From positions 1 to 64,000 of the forward strand of contig JAXCHI010000002.1 of NCBI GenBank assembly GCA_033977065.1: a stretch of 64,000 nt of DNA, given 5' to 3'. Below the pieces are notes generated by a model. It saw only the letters and a list, made by a program, of their open reading frames with translations, was not told where the DNA came from and searched no databases. This document shows, in pieces, positions 49,037-57,453 of this stretch (position 1 is its first letter; each line of letters opens with the position of its first letter). The DNA is from Candidatus Algichlamydia australiensis. Its GTDB lineage: Bacteria; Chlamydiota; Chlamydiia; Chlamydiales; JAJFMI01. Made by a program: the position numbers and the translations under genes.

Positions 49037-49942
49037 ACCTCATGTCTCAGTGTTAAGGCAAGAGTTTATTGATCTTTTTGCAGATCAAAAGATTGGGGTC
49101 TTCTTTGATGGGACACTAGGTGCAGGCGGTCATGCTGAGGCGCTTTTAGAAAATCATCCCGAGATCAAAACCTACATTGGCTGCGATCAGGACGATGAAG
49201 CGCTAAAAATTGCGATGGAGCGTTTAAAGCCGTTTGGAAAAAAAGTTGTGTTTATGAAGAGCAACTTTGCTGATATCGATGAGGTGCTAGGTGAGCTAAA
49301 CATCGATCAGGTCGACGGTTTTTTTTTGACCTAGGAGTCTCATCGATGCAGTTAGATGAAGGGGGGCGGGGGTTTAGCTTCCAAAAGGAAGGACCCCTCG
49401 ATATGCGTATGGATCAAACACTCAAGACAACAGCCGAGGAAGTAGTCAACCGCTACAACGAGAAAAAGCTTGGCGAAATTTTGCGAGATTATGGTGAAGA
49501 GCCTAAATGGCGTCTCTATGCCAAAGCAATTGTTGAGAGTCGTAAAAAGAAAAAGATCGCCTCGACTAAAGATCTTGCGGACATCATCTGCAATGCTGTG
49601 AATGGTGTGCGCAGACGTTTGCATCCTGCAACTTTAGTCTTTCAAGGGTTGCGTCTCTTCGTCAATAAAGAGCTTGAGTCTGCAGAAGAGGGTTTGAAAA
49701 AAGCGATGGAATTTATGGCACCAGGTGGGACGATGGGGGTAATTAGCTTCCACAGCTTAGAAGATCGCATTGTAAAAAATCTTTTTCGAGATGCGGCAAA
49801 ACCGCTTGATAAAATGAAAGGAGCGGTGGCGCCTTTTGAAAATTTAACTAAGAAACCGATTGTACCGACGCGATCAGAGATTCTTGCGAATCCGCGCTCG
49901 CGCAGCGCAAAACTCCGCGCACTGATGAAAAATGCTTTATAA
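48990..49942 (+). pseudogene. rsmH: 16S rRNA m4C1402 methyltransferase, frameshifted at a T9 run (49319-49327)
   Basis: Frame 1 has HVSVL and DGTLGAGGH. The shifted frame has DLGVSSMQLD..RGFSF..PLDMRMD, ISFHSLEDR and NPRSRSAKLR. One extra T gives DGFFFDLG. Confidence 0.9.
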
Positions 49943-50276
49943 GAAACTCTCTTTAATTCTGCTAGGTCTTTTCCTCCTCTCTGGGATGGTCGCCTCCTAT
50001 TTGATTAAGCAGAATGAAGTGACAGCAGCACGTGTAGAAATTCCTAAAATTTCTAAAGAGATCAAGCAGTTAAAAGAAGAGTTGCGTAGCATGCAGTATG
50101 AGGTAGACGTCTTAGAAAACCCAGAGCGTCTTCTTGAACTTGCCAGACAGAGTGAATATAGCCATTTGAAATTCCCGCAAGATTGTCATATCGTAAAAGC
50201 TAATGAAACGCCGTTGGAACCTGAAACAGCCACAGTCCCTGTCAAAAACCCACTCGTTGTCGGGTCAATACAGTAG
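49932..50276 (+). CDS. ftsL: Cell division protein FtsL-like
   Basis: TM helix, coiled coil and ENPERL. Lies between rsmH and ftsI. Confidence 0.75.
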   Translation: MLYKKLSLILLGLFLLSGMVASYLIKQNEVTAARVEIPKISKEIKQLKEELRSMQYEVDVLENPERLLELARQSEYSHLKFPQDCHIVKANETPLEPETATVPVKNPLVVGSIQ

Positions 50277-52188
50277 AGCTCGCCGCCTCATCATTGTTGC
50301 GCTCTGCTTAGCTTTTTTTTTCTCTCTTCTCATCATCCGTTTTTTTCAAATCCAAATTATTGAGGGAGAGAAGTGGTGCCGGATTGCCAAATCGCAGCAT
50401 CAGCTCAAAGTCACTATCCCTGCTAAACGCGGACGCTTCTTTGCGATGTCACGACAAAAAGGACATCCCAATGAGTGGATTCCTCTTGTTGTTGATGTGG
50501 AAAAGTTCCATTTTTATGTGGATCCTCTTGCCATTCCTCGAGGTTATTGTGAAGAGATTGCACGGCATGTGGCAGAGATGATGGAGTATGATCGCAAAGG
50601 AGAGGAGAGAATTATACGCGAGCTTACAAAACTCTCCCGCTCTCGAAAAATCGAAGGGTTTATTCCAATTGAGAAGAAGGAGCGAATTGCTAGCTGGTGG
50701 AAGGGGTTTGCAAAAGAGAATCGGTTGCCGCGTAATGCACTCTATTTTATCGAAGATCGTGAACGCTCCTATCCTTACGGCAAGTTAATGGGGCAAATCT
50801 TGCATACGGTCACGCGCGGCATTGATGAAAAACTCCCGACAGGAGGTTTAGAACTCTTTTTTGATCGGGATCTTAAAGGGAAAGATGGTTCAAGGCTTTT
50901 GCTGCGCTCTCCCCGCCATCCGATGGAGACAGGTGTTGTGTTCGAGGAGGCGCAAGATGGGAAAGATTTTTATCTCACGATCGATCCGACTATCCAAGCC
51001 ATAGCAGAAGATGAAGTGGAGAGGGCAGTCAAAAAGACGCGTGCAAAAGGTGGGTGGGCATTAATGATGGATCCGCATACTGGTGAGATCATGGCATATG
51101 CACAATACCCTTTCTTTTACCCTGCAAAATATAACGAATATTTTAATGATCAGGAGCAAATGGATGCGACCCGTATTCATGCTATTTCTGATTGCTATGA
51201 GCCAGGGTCCACTGTGAAAATGATCACTTCGGCTATCATTCTTTTTGCTAATGAGGAGATGAAGGCAAGAGGAAAAAAGCCGATTTTTGATCCTGATGAG
51301 ATGATCCCTTGCGATCGACGCTATTTTAAAGGAAGAAGTAAGCCTCTTAAAGATGTGCGTACGCACCGGTTTTTAAACTTCGACCTCGCAATTCAAAAAT
51401 CTTCTAATGTCTATTTGGGGCAAATAGTAGAGAAAATTATTGATCATTTGGGAGAAGAGTGGTTGCGCGAAAAAATGATCACCTGCTTTGGTTTAGGTCA
51501 AAAAAGTGGAATTGAACTGCCTTCAGAGTCACCAGGGTTTATTCCGAAACCGGGACGACTCTATCCCTCAGGACATCCTGAGTGGTCAGGTCCTACGCCC
51601 TACTCTCTCATGATGGGATATAATTTGATGACAAGTGGAGTCCAAATGGTGCGGGCGTTTGCGATGATTGCAAATGGAGGAAGGCTTGTGAATCCTACGC
51701 TCCTTAAAAAAGAGAAAACAGAGGAGCTTACCCCTAAAATCCCCCCTCATATTTTTGAAAAACTCCGCTATTCATTAAAATTCGTGACAAAACCTGGTGG
51801 TTCAAGTTCGCGCGCAGATATTCAAGGATACACCGAGTTAGGAAAGTCAAGTACAAGGGAAAAATTAAAAGGAGGCAAATATTCAAAGCGAATGCATATG
51901 GCTTCTTTTTTGGGATGTGCACCTGCAAACAATCCACGTTTTGTATTAATGGTTTGCATTGATGAGCCAGAGTATCGCCACATACCGGGCTATGGTTTTG
52001 TCCATTACGGAGGAAAGAGCGCAGCACCAGTATTTAAAAAAATTGGTCAGCGTACTCTGCAATATTTAGGTGTTGCACCTGACGATCCAACAGGATATCC
52101 TAAGGGCGATCCGCGCTCTGATTTTAATCGAGCAGACTGGATGAAAGAGACAAGAGAATTAAAAAAACTCTACGACAGCTACAACTAA
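50203..52188 (+). CDS. ftsI: Penicillin-binding protein 3 / FtsI
   Basis: AKRG, RSYPYG, GLE, LTIDPTIQ, EPGSTVK (SxxK) and KSSN (SxN). The third motif reads KSS. Confidence 0.93.
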   Translation: MKRRWNLKQPQSLSKTHSLSGQYSRARRLIIVALCLAFFFSLLIIRFFQIQIIEGEKWCRIAKSQHQLKVTIPAKRGRFFAMSRQKGHPNEWIPLVVDVEKFHFYVDPLAIPRGYCEEIARHVAEMMEYDRKGEERIIRELTKLSRSRKIEGFIPIEKKERIASWWKGFAKENRLPRNALYFIEDRERSYPYGKLMGQILHTVTRGIDEKLPTGGLELFFDRDLKGKDGSRLLLRSPRHPMETGVVFEEAQDGKDFYLTIDPTIQAIAEDEVERAVKKTRAKGGWALMMDPHTGEIMAYAQYPFFYPAKYNEYFNDQEQMDATRIHAISDCYEPGSTVKMITSAIILFANEEMKARGKKPIFDPDEMIPCDRRYFKGRSKPLKDVRTHRFLNFDLAIQKSSNVYLGQIVEKIIDHLGEEWLREKMITCFGLGQKSGIELPSESPGFIPKPGRLYPSGHPEWSGPTPYSLMMGYNLMTSGVQMVRAFAMIANGGRLVNPTLLKKEKTEELTPKIPPHIFEKLRYSLKFVTKPGGSSSRADIQGYTELGKSSTREKLKGGKYSKRMHMASFLGCAPANNPRFVLMVCIDEPEYRHIPGYGFVHYGGKSAAPVFKKIGQRTLQYLGVAPDDPTGYPKGDPRSDFNRADWMKETRELKKLYDSYN

Positions 52189-53642
52189 TGAAGTTAAAAA
52201 AACTGTTTAAAGGGATCCCAAAGGTTAGCATTAAAGGGGCTAAAGAGGTAGAGATCAGTGGCATCTCTGTTCACTCAAAGCTTGTGAAGCCAGGCAACCT
52301 TTTCATTGCAAAGCGAGGCGTTTCAGATGATGGCGCGCGCTACATTGATGAAGCCGTTGTTGCAGGAGCAAAAGCTGTTCTTACAGACATTTACGATCCC
52401 TTTTTATCCGGAGTAACGCAAGTCATTCATCCTGATCCAGCCTCTATTGAGGCGCAGGTAGCTACAATCTATTACGATGATCCCTCCCTACATCTGTTTA
52501 CGGTTGGAATTACAGGAACCAATGGAAAAACAACGACAAGCTACTTAGTTAAACACCTACTTGATGCGGAAGGGGAGTTTTGCGGTTTGCTTGGGACAAT
52601 TGAATATATCATAGGCAAAAAGCACCTGCCTGCTCCCTTAACTACTCCCGATAATATTACTCTGCAAAGTCTTTTATCGGAGATTCGCTCACGTCGCTAC
52701 GCTTCTGCTGTTATGGAGGTCTCTTCGCACGGGTTAAAGCAGGGGCGTGTTGACGGGATCGATTTTGATGTCGCGATTTTTACAAACATCTCTCGTGATC
52801 ATCTCGACTATCATCAAAATTTTGAGGATTATTTTCATGCTAAGAGCAAACTGTTCCGAGATCTTTCTCCCCAAAAAACAGCAATTATCAATATTGATGA
52901 CTCTGCAGCGCAAAAAATTCGAGTACTTACCAAAGCAAAAATTTTGACGTATGGAATTGAAAATTGCGCAGACCTGCAGGCCTCAGAAATCACATTTAGA
53001 GAAAAATATATGAGCTTTTGTGTGACCTTTGAAGGCGAGAAGGCTCATGTGAAAACTTTATTGATGGGGCGATTTAATATTTATAATATCTTGGCAGCTA
53101 TTGCTGTTGGGCTTACTCGAAATATTCCTCTTATTGAGTGTGCTGCTGCGGTCTCAACATTTAAATTTGTTCGAGGTCGGTTAGAACCAGTAAAAAATAG
53201 CAGAGGAATTTCGATTTATATCGACTTTGCCCATTCTGATGATGCCCTGAAAAATGTTTTAAAAACCCTTCGGGAGTGTAAAAAAGGAAAAATCATCACA
53301 GTTTTTGGTTGTGGAGGAATGCGCGATAGGACAAAGAGGCCTAAAATGGCACAAGTAGCAGAAAAAGAGTCTGATTATACCATTGTAACGTCAGATAATC
53401 CTCGTGGGGAGGACCCTCTTGCCATTTGTTTAGAGATCGCAAAAGGGTTTGCATCAAAAAAGAGTTACTGTGTAGAAGTAGATCGCAAAACGGCAATTGA
53501 GAGAGCGATTCAGATGGCTCAGAAGGTGGATGTAGTTCTTATAGCAGGGAAAGGGCATGAGAATACACAGATTTTGGATCATAAAACTATCGAATTTGAT
53601 GACAAAGAGGTTGCGCGATCAGCCCTAAAAAATTTACACTAG
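52188..53642 (+). CDS. murE: UDP-MurNAc-tripeptide synthetase (meso-DAP type)
   Basis: GITGTNGKTT, MEVSSH, DHLDYH, DNPR and AGKGHE. Confidence 0.97.
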   Translation: MKLKKLFKGIPKVSIKGAKEVEISGISVHSKLVKPGNLFIAKRGVSDDGARYIDEAVVAGAKAVLTDIYDPFLSGVTQVIHPDPASIEAQVATIYYDDPSLHLFTVGITGTNGKTTTSYLVKHLLDAEGEFCGLLGTIEYIIGKKHLPAPLTTPDNITLQSLLSEIRSRRYASAVMEVSSHGLKQGRVDGIDFDVAIFTNISRDHLDYHQNFEDYFHAKSKLFRDLSPQKTAIINIDDSAAQKIRVLTKAKILTYGIENCADLQASEITFREKYMSFCVTFEGEKAHVKTLLMGRFNIYNILAAIAVGLTRNIPLIECAAAVSTFKFVRGRLEPVKNSRGISIYIDFAHSDDALKNVLKTLRECKKGKIITVFGCGGMRDRTKRPKMAQVAEKESDYTIVTSDNPRGEDPLAICLEIAKGFASKKSYCVEVDRKTAIERAIQMAQKVDVVLIAGKGHENTQILDHKTIEFDDKEVARSALKNLH

Positions 53643-53647
53643 CGAAT

Positions 53648-54337
53648 ATGCTTGCAAAGCGATTTTTTCTCTGTGCCCTGTTGATTCTCTCTGCCTCGTG
53701 TGCGAATGCACGTCGTACCAACTCAAATCCCAAAGTAAAAAGTTCTGTTTCAAAGGCAGCTCCGAGACCCCCAATTTCAAAAAAACCAGCTCCGCTCATT
53801 ATAATTGATGCGGGTCATGGTGGTTTTGATAATGGCGCGAGTTGCGGAGGACTCCTGGAAAAAATCTCTGCCCTTCGGACAGCAAAACTTGTGCAGACTC
53901 ATCTGATAAAAAAAGGGTATCGTGTCAAGATGACGCGAACGAAAGATGAATTTATTCCCTTAGCAAAGCGAGCGCAAATTGCCAATCAAGCTAAGGCGCG
54001 TCTCTTTGTCAGCATCCACTACAACGCAGCAAAAAGTGCTGAAGCCAAAGGGATCGAAGTTTACTATTACAACTCCAAAGAGCCGTGGCGTCTCAACGGT
54101 TCAAAAAAGCTAGCTACCTGTGTTTTGCACCGCCTCATAGCCCGCACGGGCGCTCGCTCGCGCGGCGTGAAAACGGGCAATTTCCATGTGATACGCGAAA
54201 CGGACATGCCATCGATCCTTGTCGAAGGCGGATTTGTCACCAACAAAAACGAGAGATCGCTCCTCAAAGAATACCGCTATCTTGACCGTATTGCTCTATC
54301 CGTCGCGGAAGGCGTAGATCGTTACTTCAAAAGCTAA
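53648..54337 (+). CDS. amiA: N-acetylmuramoyl-L-alanine amidase (Amidase_3)
   Basis: Signal/lipoprotein-like N-terminus, IDAGHGG, EK, SIHYNA and LVEGGF. Confidence 0.93.
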   Translation: MLAKRFFLCALLILSASCANARRTNSNPKVKSSVSKAAPRPPISKKPAPLIIIDAGHGGFDNGASCGGLLEKISALRTAKLVQTHLIKKGYRVKMTRTKDEFIPLAKRAQIANQAKARLFVSIHYNAAKSAEAKGIEVYYYNSKEPWRLNGSKKLATCVLHRLIARTGARSRGVKTGNFHVIRETDMPSILVEGGFVTNKNERSLLKEYRYLDRIALSVAEGVDRYFKS

Positions 54338-54346
54338 TAGAAATTG

Positions 54347-54492
54347 CAGTCGGGGCTAAAGCCCCTGCTGCCCCTTCGGCTTCATCTTGCTGTGCCAAAT
54401 AAAATTTCTGCTATTGCGCCGTACGCAGTACTGTCACAACAGCAGAAATTTCATTTTGCTTTGCGATATGAACCCGCGGTTCCGCTTCGCGC
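54347..54492. repeat. Intergenic imperfect palindromic element, family A, copy 2
   Basis: CAGTCGGGGCTAAAGCCCCTGCTGCCCCTTCGGCTTCATCTTG resembles 3413 onward. Contains the stem AAATTTCTGCT..GTAC-GCA-GTAC..AGCAGAAATTT. Confidence 0.7.
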
Positions 54493-54536
54493 TTTAATCG
54501 TTAGTTTTGTTAGAATGCTCATGCGAGGAGTGATCT

Positions 54537-54779
54537 ATGAGAAAAATTTTATTGATTTTGCCAGTCGTGAGTGCGCTTTGTGTTGCAGAAGCAAAAGTAA
54601 TCTCACATAAAGAACAACTTGCTTTTGAAGCTCCTTGCACAGTTATCTGTCCTGCAAATGTTCCGCATGAATTTTTTAATACAGGAGATGTGCCAACAGA
54701 TGCCATTGCCATCTTAGGAATTGACTCGAAGATCATCGATCAAAACGAAATTGTGATGGAGCTCCCTTGGCGCCATTAA
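54537..54779 (+). CDS. Small exported hypothetical protein
   Basis: GAGGAG RBS and signal peptide MRKILLILPVVSALCVAEA. Confidence 0.6.
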   Translation: MRKILLILPVVSALCVAEAKVISHKEQLAFEAPCTVICPANVPHEFFNTGDVPTDAIAILGIDSKIIDQNEIVMELPWRH

Positions 54780-56128
54780 GTTTTTGGTTGTTTTAATCTA
54801 TATCGTACCGATCTTGTTTTACCGACTTTTTCTAAAACTCCGTTATCAATCATCTCTTCAATTCTTCTTAAGGTAGTCGCGCGTGAGATTTTCAATCGTT
54901 TTTGGATGTCTTTTGATGTGACTTCTGCTGAAGAGGAGAGTAAATCAAGGACTTTTTCTTCATCAGTTTGGGGTGGCGTTTTCATTTCTTCCCGAGGAAG
55001 AATACATTTTACATAATTTTTCCCTTCTATTAATTGCGGTGTAGCAAGACCTCTTTCTTCGTAGCTATCAAGAATCTCAATGATGCCACTTCCTAATTTT
55101 TCAACGTAACCAACTTCGCGAAAAATTTTGCAAATCGCTGGATTGCGGAGGTAGGTGATTCCTGCGCGCAGATTATCCAGATCGATCGGACCCGGAAATT
55201 GCCCAGGACTGAAAACCTCGATGCGATTATCATATATGGCAATTTTGATTGGTGCTTTTATCATGTAATTTCGATGGGCAATAGCATTGAGAAAAGCCTC
55301 TCGCAACGCAATCTGCGGGATTTCAAGTGTGTCTTTTCGAATGGGACCTTCAAAAGAATATGATTTTGCTAATCGAGAAGTAACAAATTCTAAGGCTTGG
55401 TGATATTGATCAAAAAGTGTTCCTTCGCAATCAATCGTTGCAATGATTTCGCGACCTGAGTTTCCAGAAAAATGACTACAGATAATCATTGCTTCGGATA
55501 GAAAAAATTGTGGTTTTTTTCCAAACAATAAAATTCCAGTAACAGTAGGAAATTTTTGTGTATGTTCACTGGCTACTAAGTGGTAAGAGCGCCAAGTTTC
55601 TTCGTTAATATGGGGATTTCCGTGATTTTTTCTTGCTTTTAGGAATTGAAGGAATTTCTCATCACTTAAGTCCTGAAGTTTGGCACTAAAAATTGGTCTT
55701 CGGTCATAATCAATCCCTCTTGATTGAAAGTGGAGTTCTTCGATCATTTCTTCATTAGCACGAGTAGTAATTCTACCTACTCGAATATAGGTTCCTTTAG
55801 TAGGACCTTCTGAACGTCGAAAATAGGGTTTTTGTGAACCAGAGCTTACTTCAATAATGACAATTATTAGTTCGTCAAATCTTTGGCAAAAAATATTAGG
55901 AATGATTGGGGGCTCAATACTTGCAAAAACTGCTTGGTTTAGGGATTCAAGAAGTTCACTAGCCCTCTCCTCTGGTACACCAACAACAGTTCCATTATCT
56001 TCGACTCCAAGTACAAGTTTTCCTCCATGTCCATTGCAAAAAGCAGTAATAGTTTTGATGATCTGATCGTACTTTGGGATTTCTCTCTTAAATTCTAAAT
56101 TAACTGACTCACTATCAGAGTACTTCAT
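54776..56128 (-). CDS. Schlafen/AlbA_2 + HATPase_c_4 + wHTH protein, copy 2
   Basis: ESVNLEFK, ITAFCNGHGGKLVLGVED, REAFLNAIAHRNY, RNPAI, VEKLGSG and a C-terminal HTH. Confidence 0.88.
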   Translation of the reverse strand: MKYSDSESVNLEFKREIPKYDQIIKTITAFCNGHGGKLVLGVEDNGTVVGVPEERASELLESLNQAVFASIEPPIIPNIFCQRFDELIIVIIEVSSGSQKPYFRRSEGPTKGTYIRVGRITTRANEEMIEELHFQSRGIDYDRRPIFSAKLQDLSDEKFLQFLKARKNHGNPHINEETWRSYHLVASEHTQKFPTVTGILLFGKKPQFFLSEAMIICSHFSGNSGREIIATIDCEGTLFDQYHQALEFVTSRLAKSYSFEGPIRKDTLEIPQIALREAFLNAIAHRNYMIKAPIKIAIYDNRIEVFSPGQFPGPIDLDNLRAGITYLRNPAICKIFREVGYVEKLGSGIIEILDSYEERGLATPQLIEGKNYVKCILPREEMKTPPQTDEEKVLDLLSSSAEVTSKDIQKRLKISRATTLRRIEEMIDNGVLEKVGKTRSVRYRLKQPKT

Positions 56129-56131
56129 TTT

Positions 56132-56297
56132 GGTTGCCTCATTTGGCTTGGATTTTAACTCAAATTGTATTTATGAATCAAATGAAGAGATTTAACACAT
56201 CAATAATCTCCTCATTCGTCTCATTTTCTCCTCAAAAATGTATATTTTGAGTCAAATGAGGAGATTTAACTTAGCTGCAATCTCCTTATTTGACTCA
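56132..56297. repeat. Array of alternating 19-bp inverted repeats with a ~74-bp period
   Basis: Consensus TGAGTCAAATGAGGAGATT. Forward copies at 56174 and 56248, reverse copies at 56205 and 56279, and a degenerate copy at 56132. Each pair has a 12-bp spacer. Confidence 0.85.
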
Positions 56298-56402
56298 ATA
56301 TTTTGTAAAATAAAAACATAACATTCTAATGATGAATGAGGTATGGTTTAAACACTAAGAAAACAACAAATATTTTTACTTATAAAAAATGAGGAGAAAA
56401 GC

Positions 56403-56469
56403 TGTCTTCGGCGCGATTCGAACGCGCGACCTGTCGCTTAGGAGGCGACTACTCTATCCAGCTGAGCTA
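56403..56469 (-). repeat. 67-nt duplicate of tRNA-Arg lacking the 5' acceptor strand (attR-like)
   Basis: 66/67 identical to 57145-57211 (offset 742 bp). Confidence 0.95.
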
Positions 56470-56804
56470 AGAGTCTCAATGACTTCTTCAAGGTCTATTT
56501 GAAATGTAGGAAGGCTTTCTCGAATTGTTTTCCAAACAATTTCGTGATCTACATCAAAATAGGCATGAATAAGCCGATTTCTCATGCCTACAAGCGCTTT
56601 CCAAGGAATATGAGGAAATTTTTTCTTGGTTTTATCTGAAATTTGACCCGCAGCTTCACCAATAATTTCAAGCTCTCGTAGTACAGCAGATTGGTAGAGA
56701 CGGTTGTTCCTAAGTGAAGCTTTTCGTTTGCCTTTCGAAAAATCGAGAATGGCGTTTGTGGAATCGAGCATATGCATCAGTCGGAGCAAATCTTTATTTT
56801 CCAT
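56454..56804 (-). CDS. HEPN/DUF86 (HepT-like) RNase toxin
   Basis: LEIIGEAA, IPW...GMRNRLIHAY (RX4H plus the adjacent Tyr) and IVW. Confidence 0.93.
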   Translation of the reverse strand: MENKDLLRLMHMLDSTNAILDFSKGKRKASLRNNRLYQSAVLRELEIIGEAAGQISDKTKKKFPHIPWKALVGMRNRLIHAYFDVDHEIVWKTIRESLPTFQIDLEEVIETLSSAG

Positions 56805-57096
56805 AGATAGTCTTTGCAGTTGCTAATACATCGTCACGAAAATAGGGGCTCAAGTCGTTTGGAGTTCTAAGATCAACCGGATATCCGAAGATCTCGCTCA
56901 GCTCCGATTCCATTTCTACAATCCCAAAGAGATTAGGGATATGTGCTTTTTCAAATTTCACTAAGACATCAACATCACTTTTTTTCGTAAAATATGGGGT
57001 GATAACTGATCCAAATAGAGCAAGATAAGCAATATGATGTTTTTTGCAAAAATTGGAAATTTTTCTTTTTTCTATTTTTACAGGGGTTTTACTCAT
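56794..57096 (-). CDS. Minimal nucleotidyltransferase (MntA-like) antitoxin
   Basis: LFGSVITPYFTKKSDVD (GSX10DXD) and VDL. Overlaps the HEPN start. Confidence 0.93.
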   Translation of the reverse strand: MSKTPVKIEKRKISNFCKKHHIAYLALFGSVITPYFTKKSDVDVLVKFEKAHIPNLFGIVEMESELSEIFGYPVDLRTPNDLSPYFRDDVLATAKTIYGK

Positions 57097-57144
57097 TTGA
57101 CTACCTCCTTTCCCTCATATTGTATCATTTTTTCAAAATAATGT

Positions 57145-57218
57145 TGTCTTCGGCGCGATTCGAACGCGCGACCTGTCGCTTAGGAGGCGACTGCTCTATC
57201 CAGCTGAGCTACGAAGAC
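57145..57218 (-). tRNA. tRNA-Arg(CCT)
   Basis: GTCTTCG-TA-GCTCAGCTGGATAGAGC-A-GTCGC-CTCCTAA-GCGAC-AGGTC-GCGCG-TTCGAAT-CGCGC-CGAAGAC-A. CCA is not encoded. Confidence 0.97.
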
Positions 57219-57271
57219 ATTGCGACAAGTATACCTGTGTAATGACTTTTGTGGTATAAAAAGGAGTTTAA

Positions 57272-57430
57272 ACTCAAGTTGCTACCTCCTTCCCCCTCTG
57301 GAGAGGCCCTTTTTGCGATCTGTTTAGTTTAAAATTTCAGAAATGTTTAACAAACATTCCTTCAATTTGAAACAAAACATCTCATCAAAAATCCCTCTCT
57401 CCATAGGAGAAACTGGGTAGCAACTTGAGT
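57272..57430. repeat. ~160-bp rod-like imperfect palindrome upstream of gnd
   Basis: 15-bp perfect ends ACTCAAGTTGCTACC/GGTAGCAACTTGAGT, with pairing continuing to an AAC loop at 57349-57351. AGGAGTTT is repeated at 57262 and 57442. Confidence 0.85.
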
Positions 57431-57453
57431 GTTCAAATATTAGGAGTTTTGTG

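Noticed and set aside
56132..56400. Possible CRISPR array
   Set aside because: The repeats alternate in orientation and number only about five. The intervening sequences resemble each other, and there are no cas genes.
56403..56469. Second functional tRNA-Arg gene
   Set aside because: The 5' acceptor strand GTCTTCG is replaced by AGACTCT, which cannot pair with CGAAGAC.
57272..57430. 6S RNA
   Set aside because: The length and rod shape fit, but there is no large central bubble (internal loops are only 3-6 nt). It cannot be called without a covariance search.
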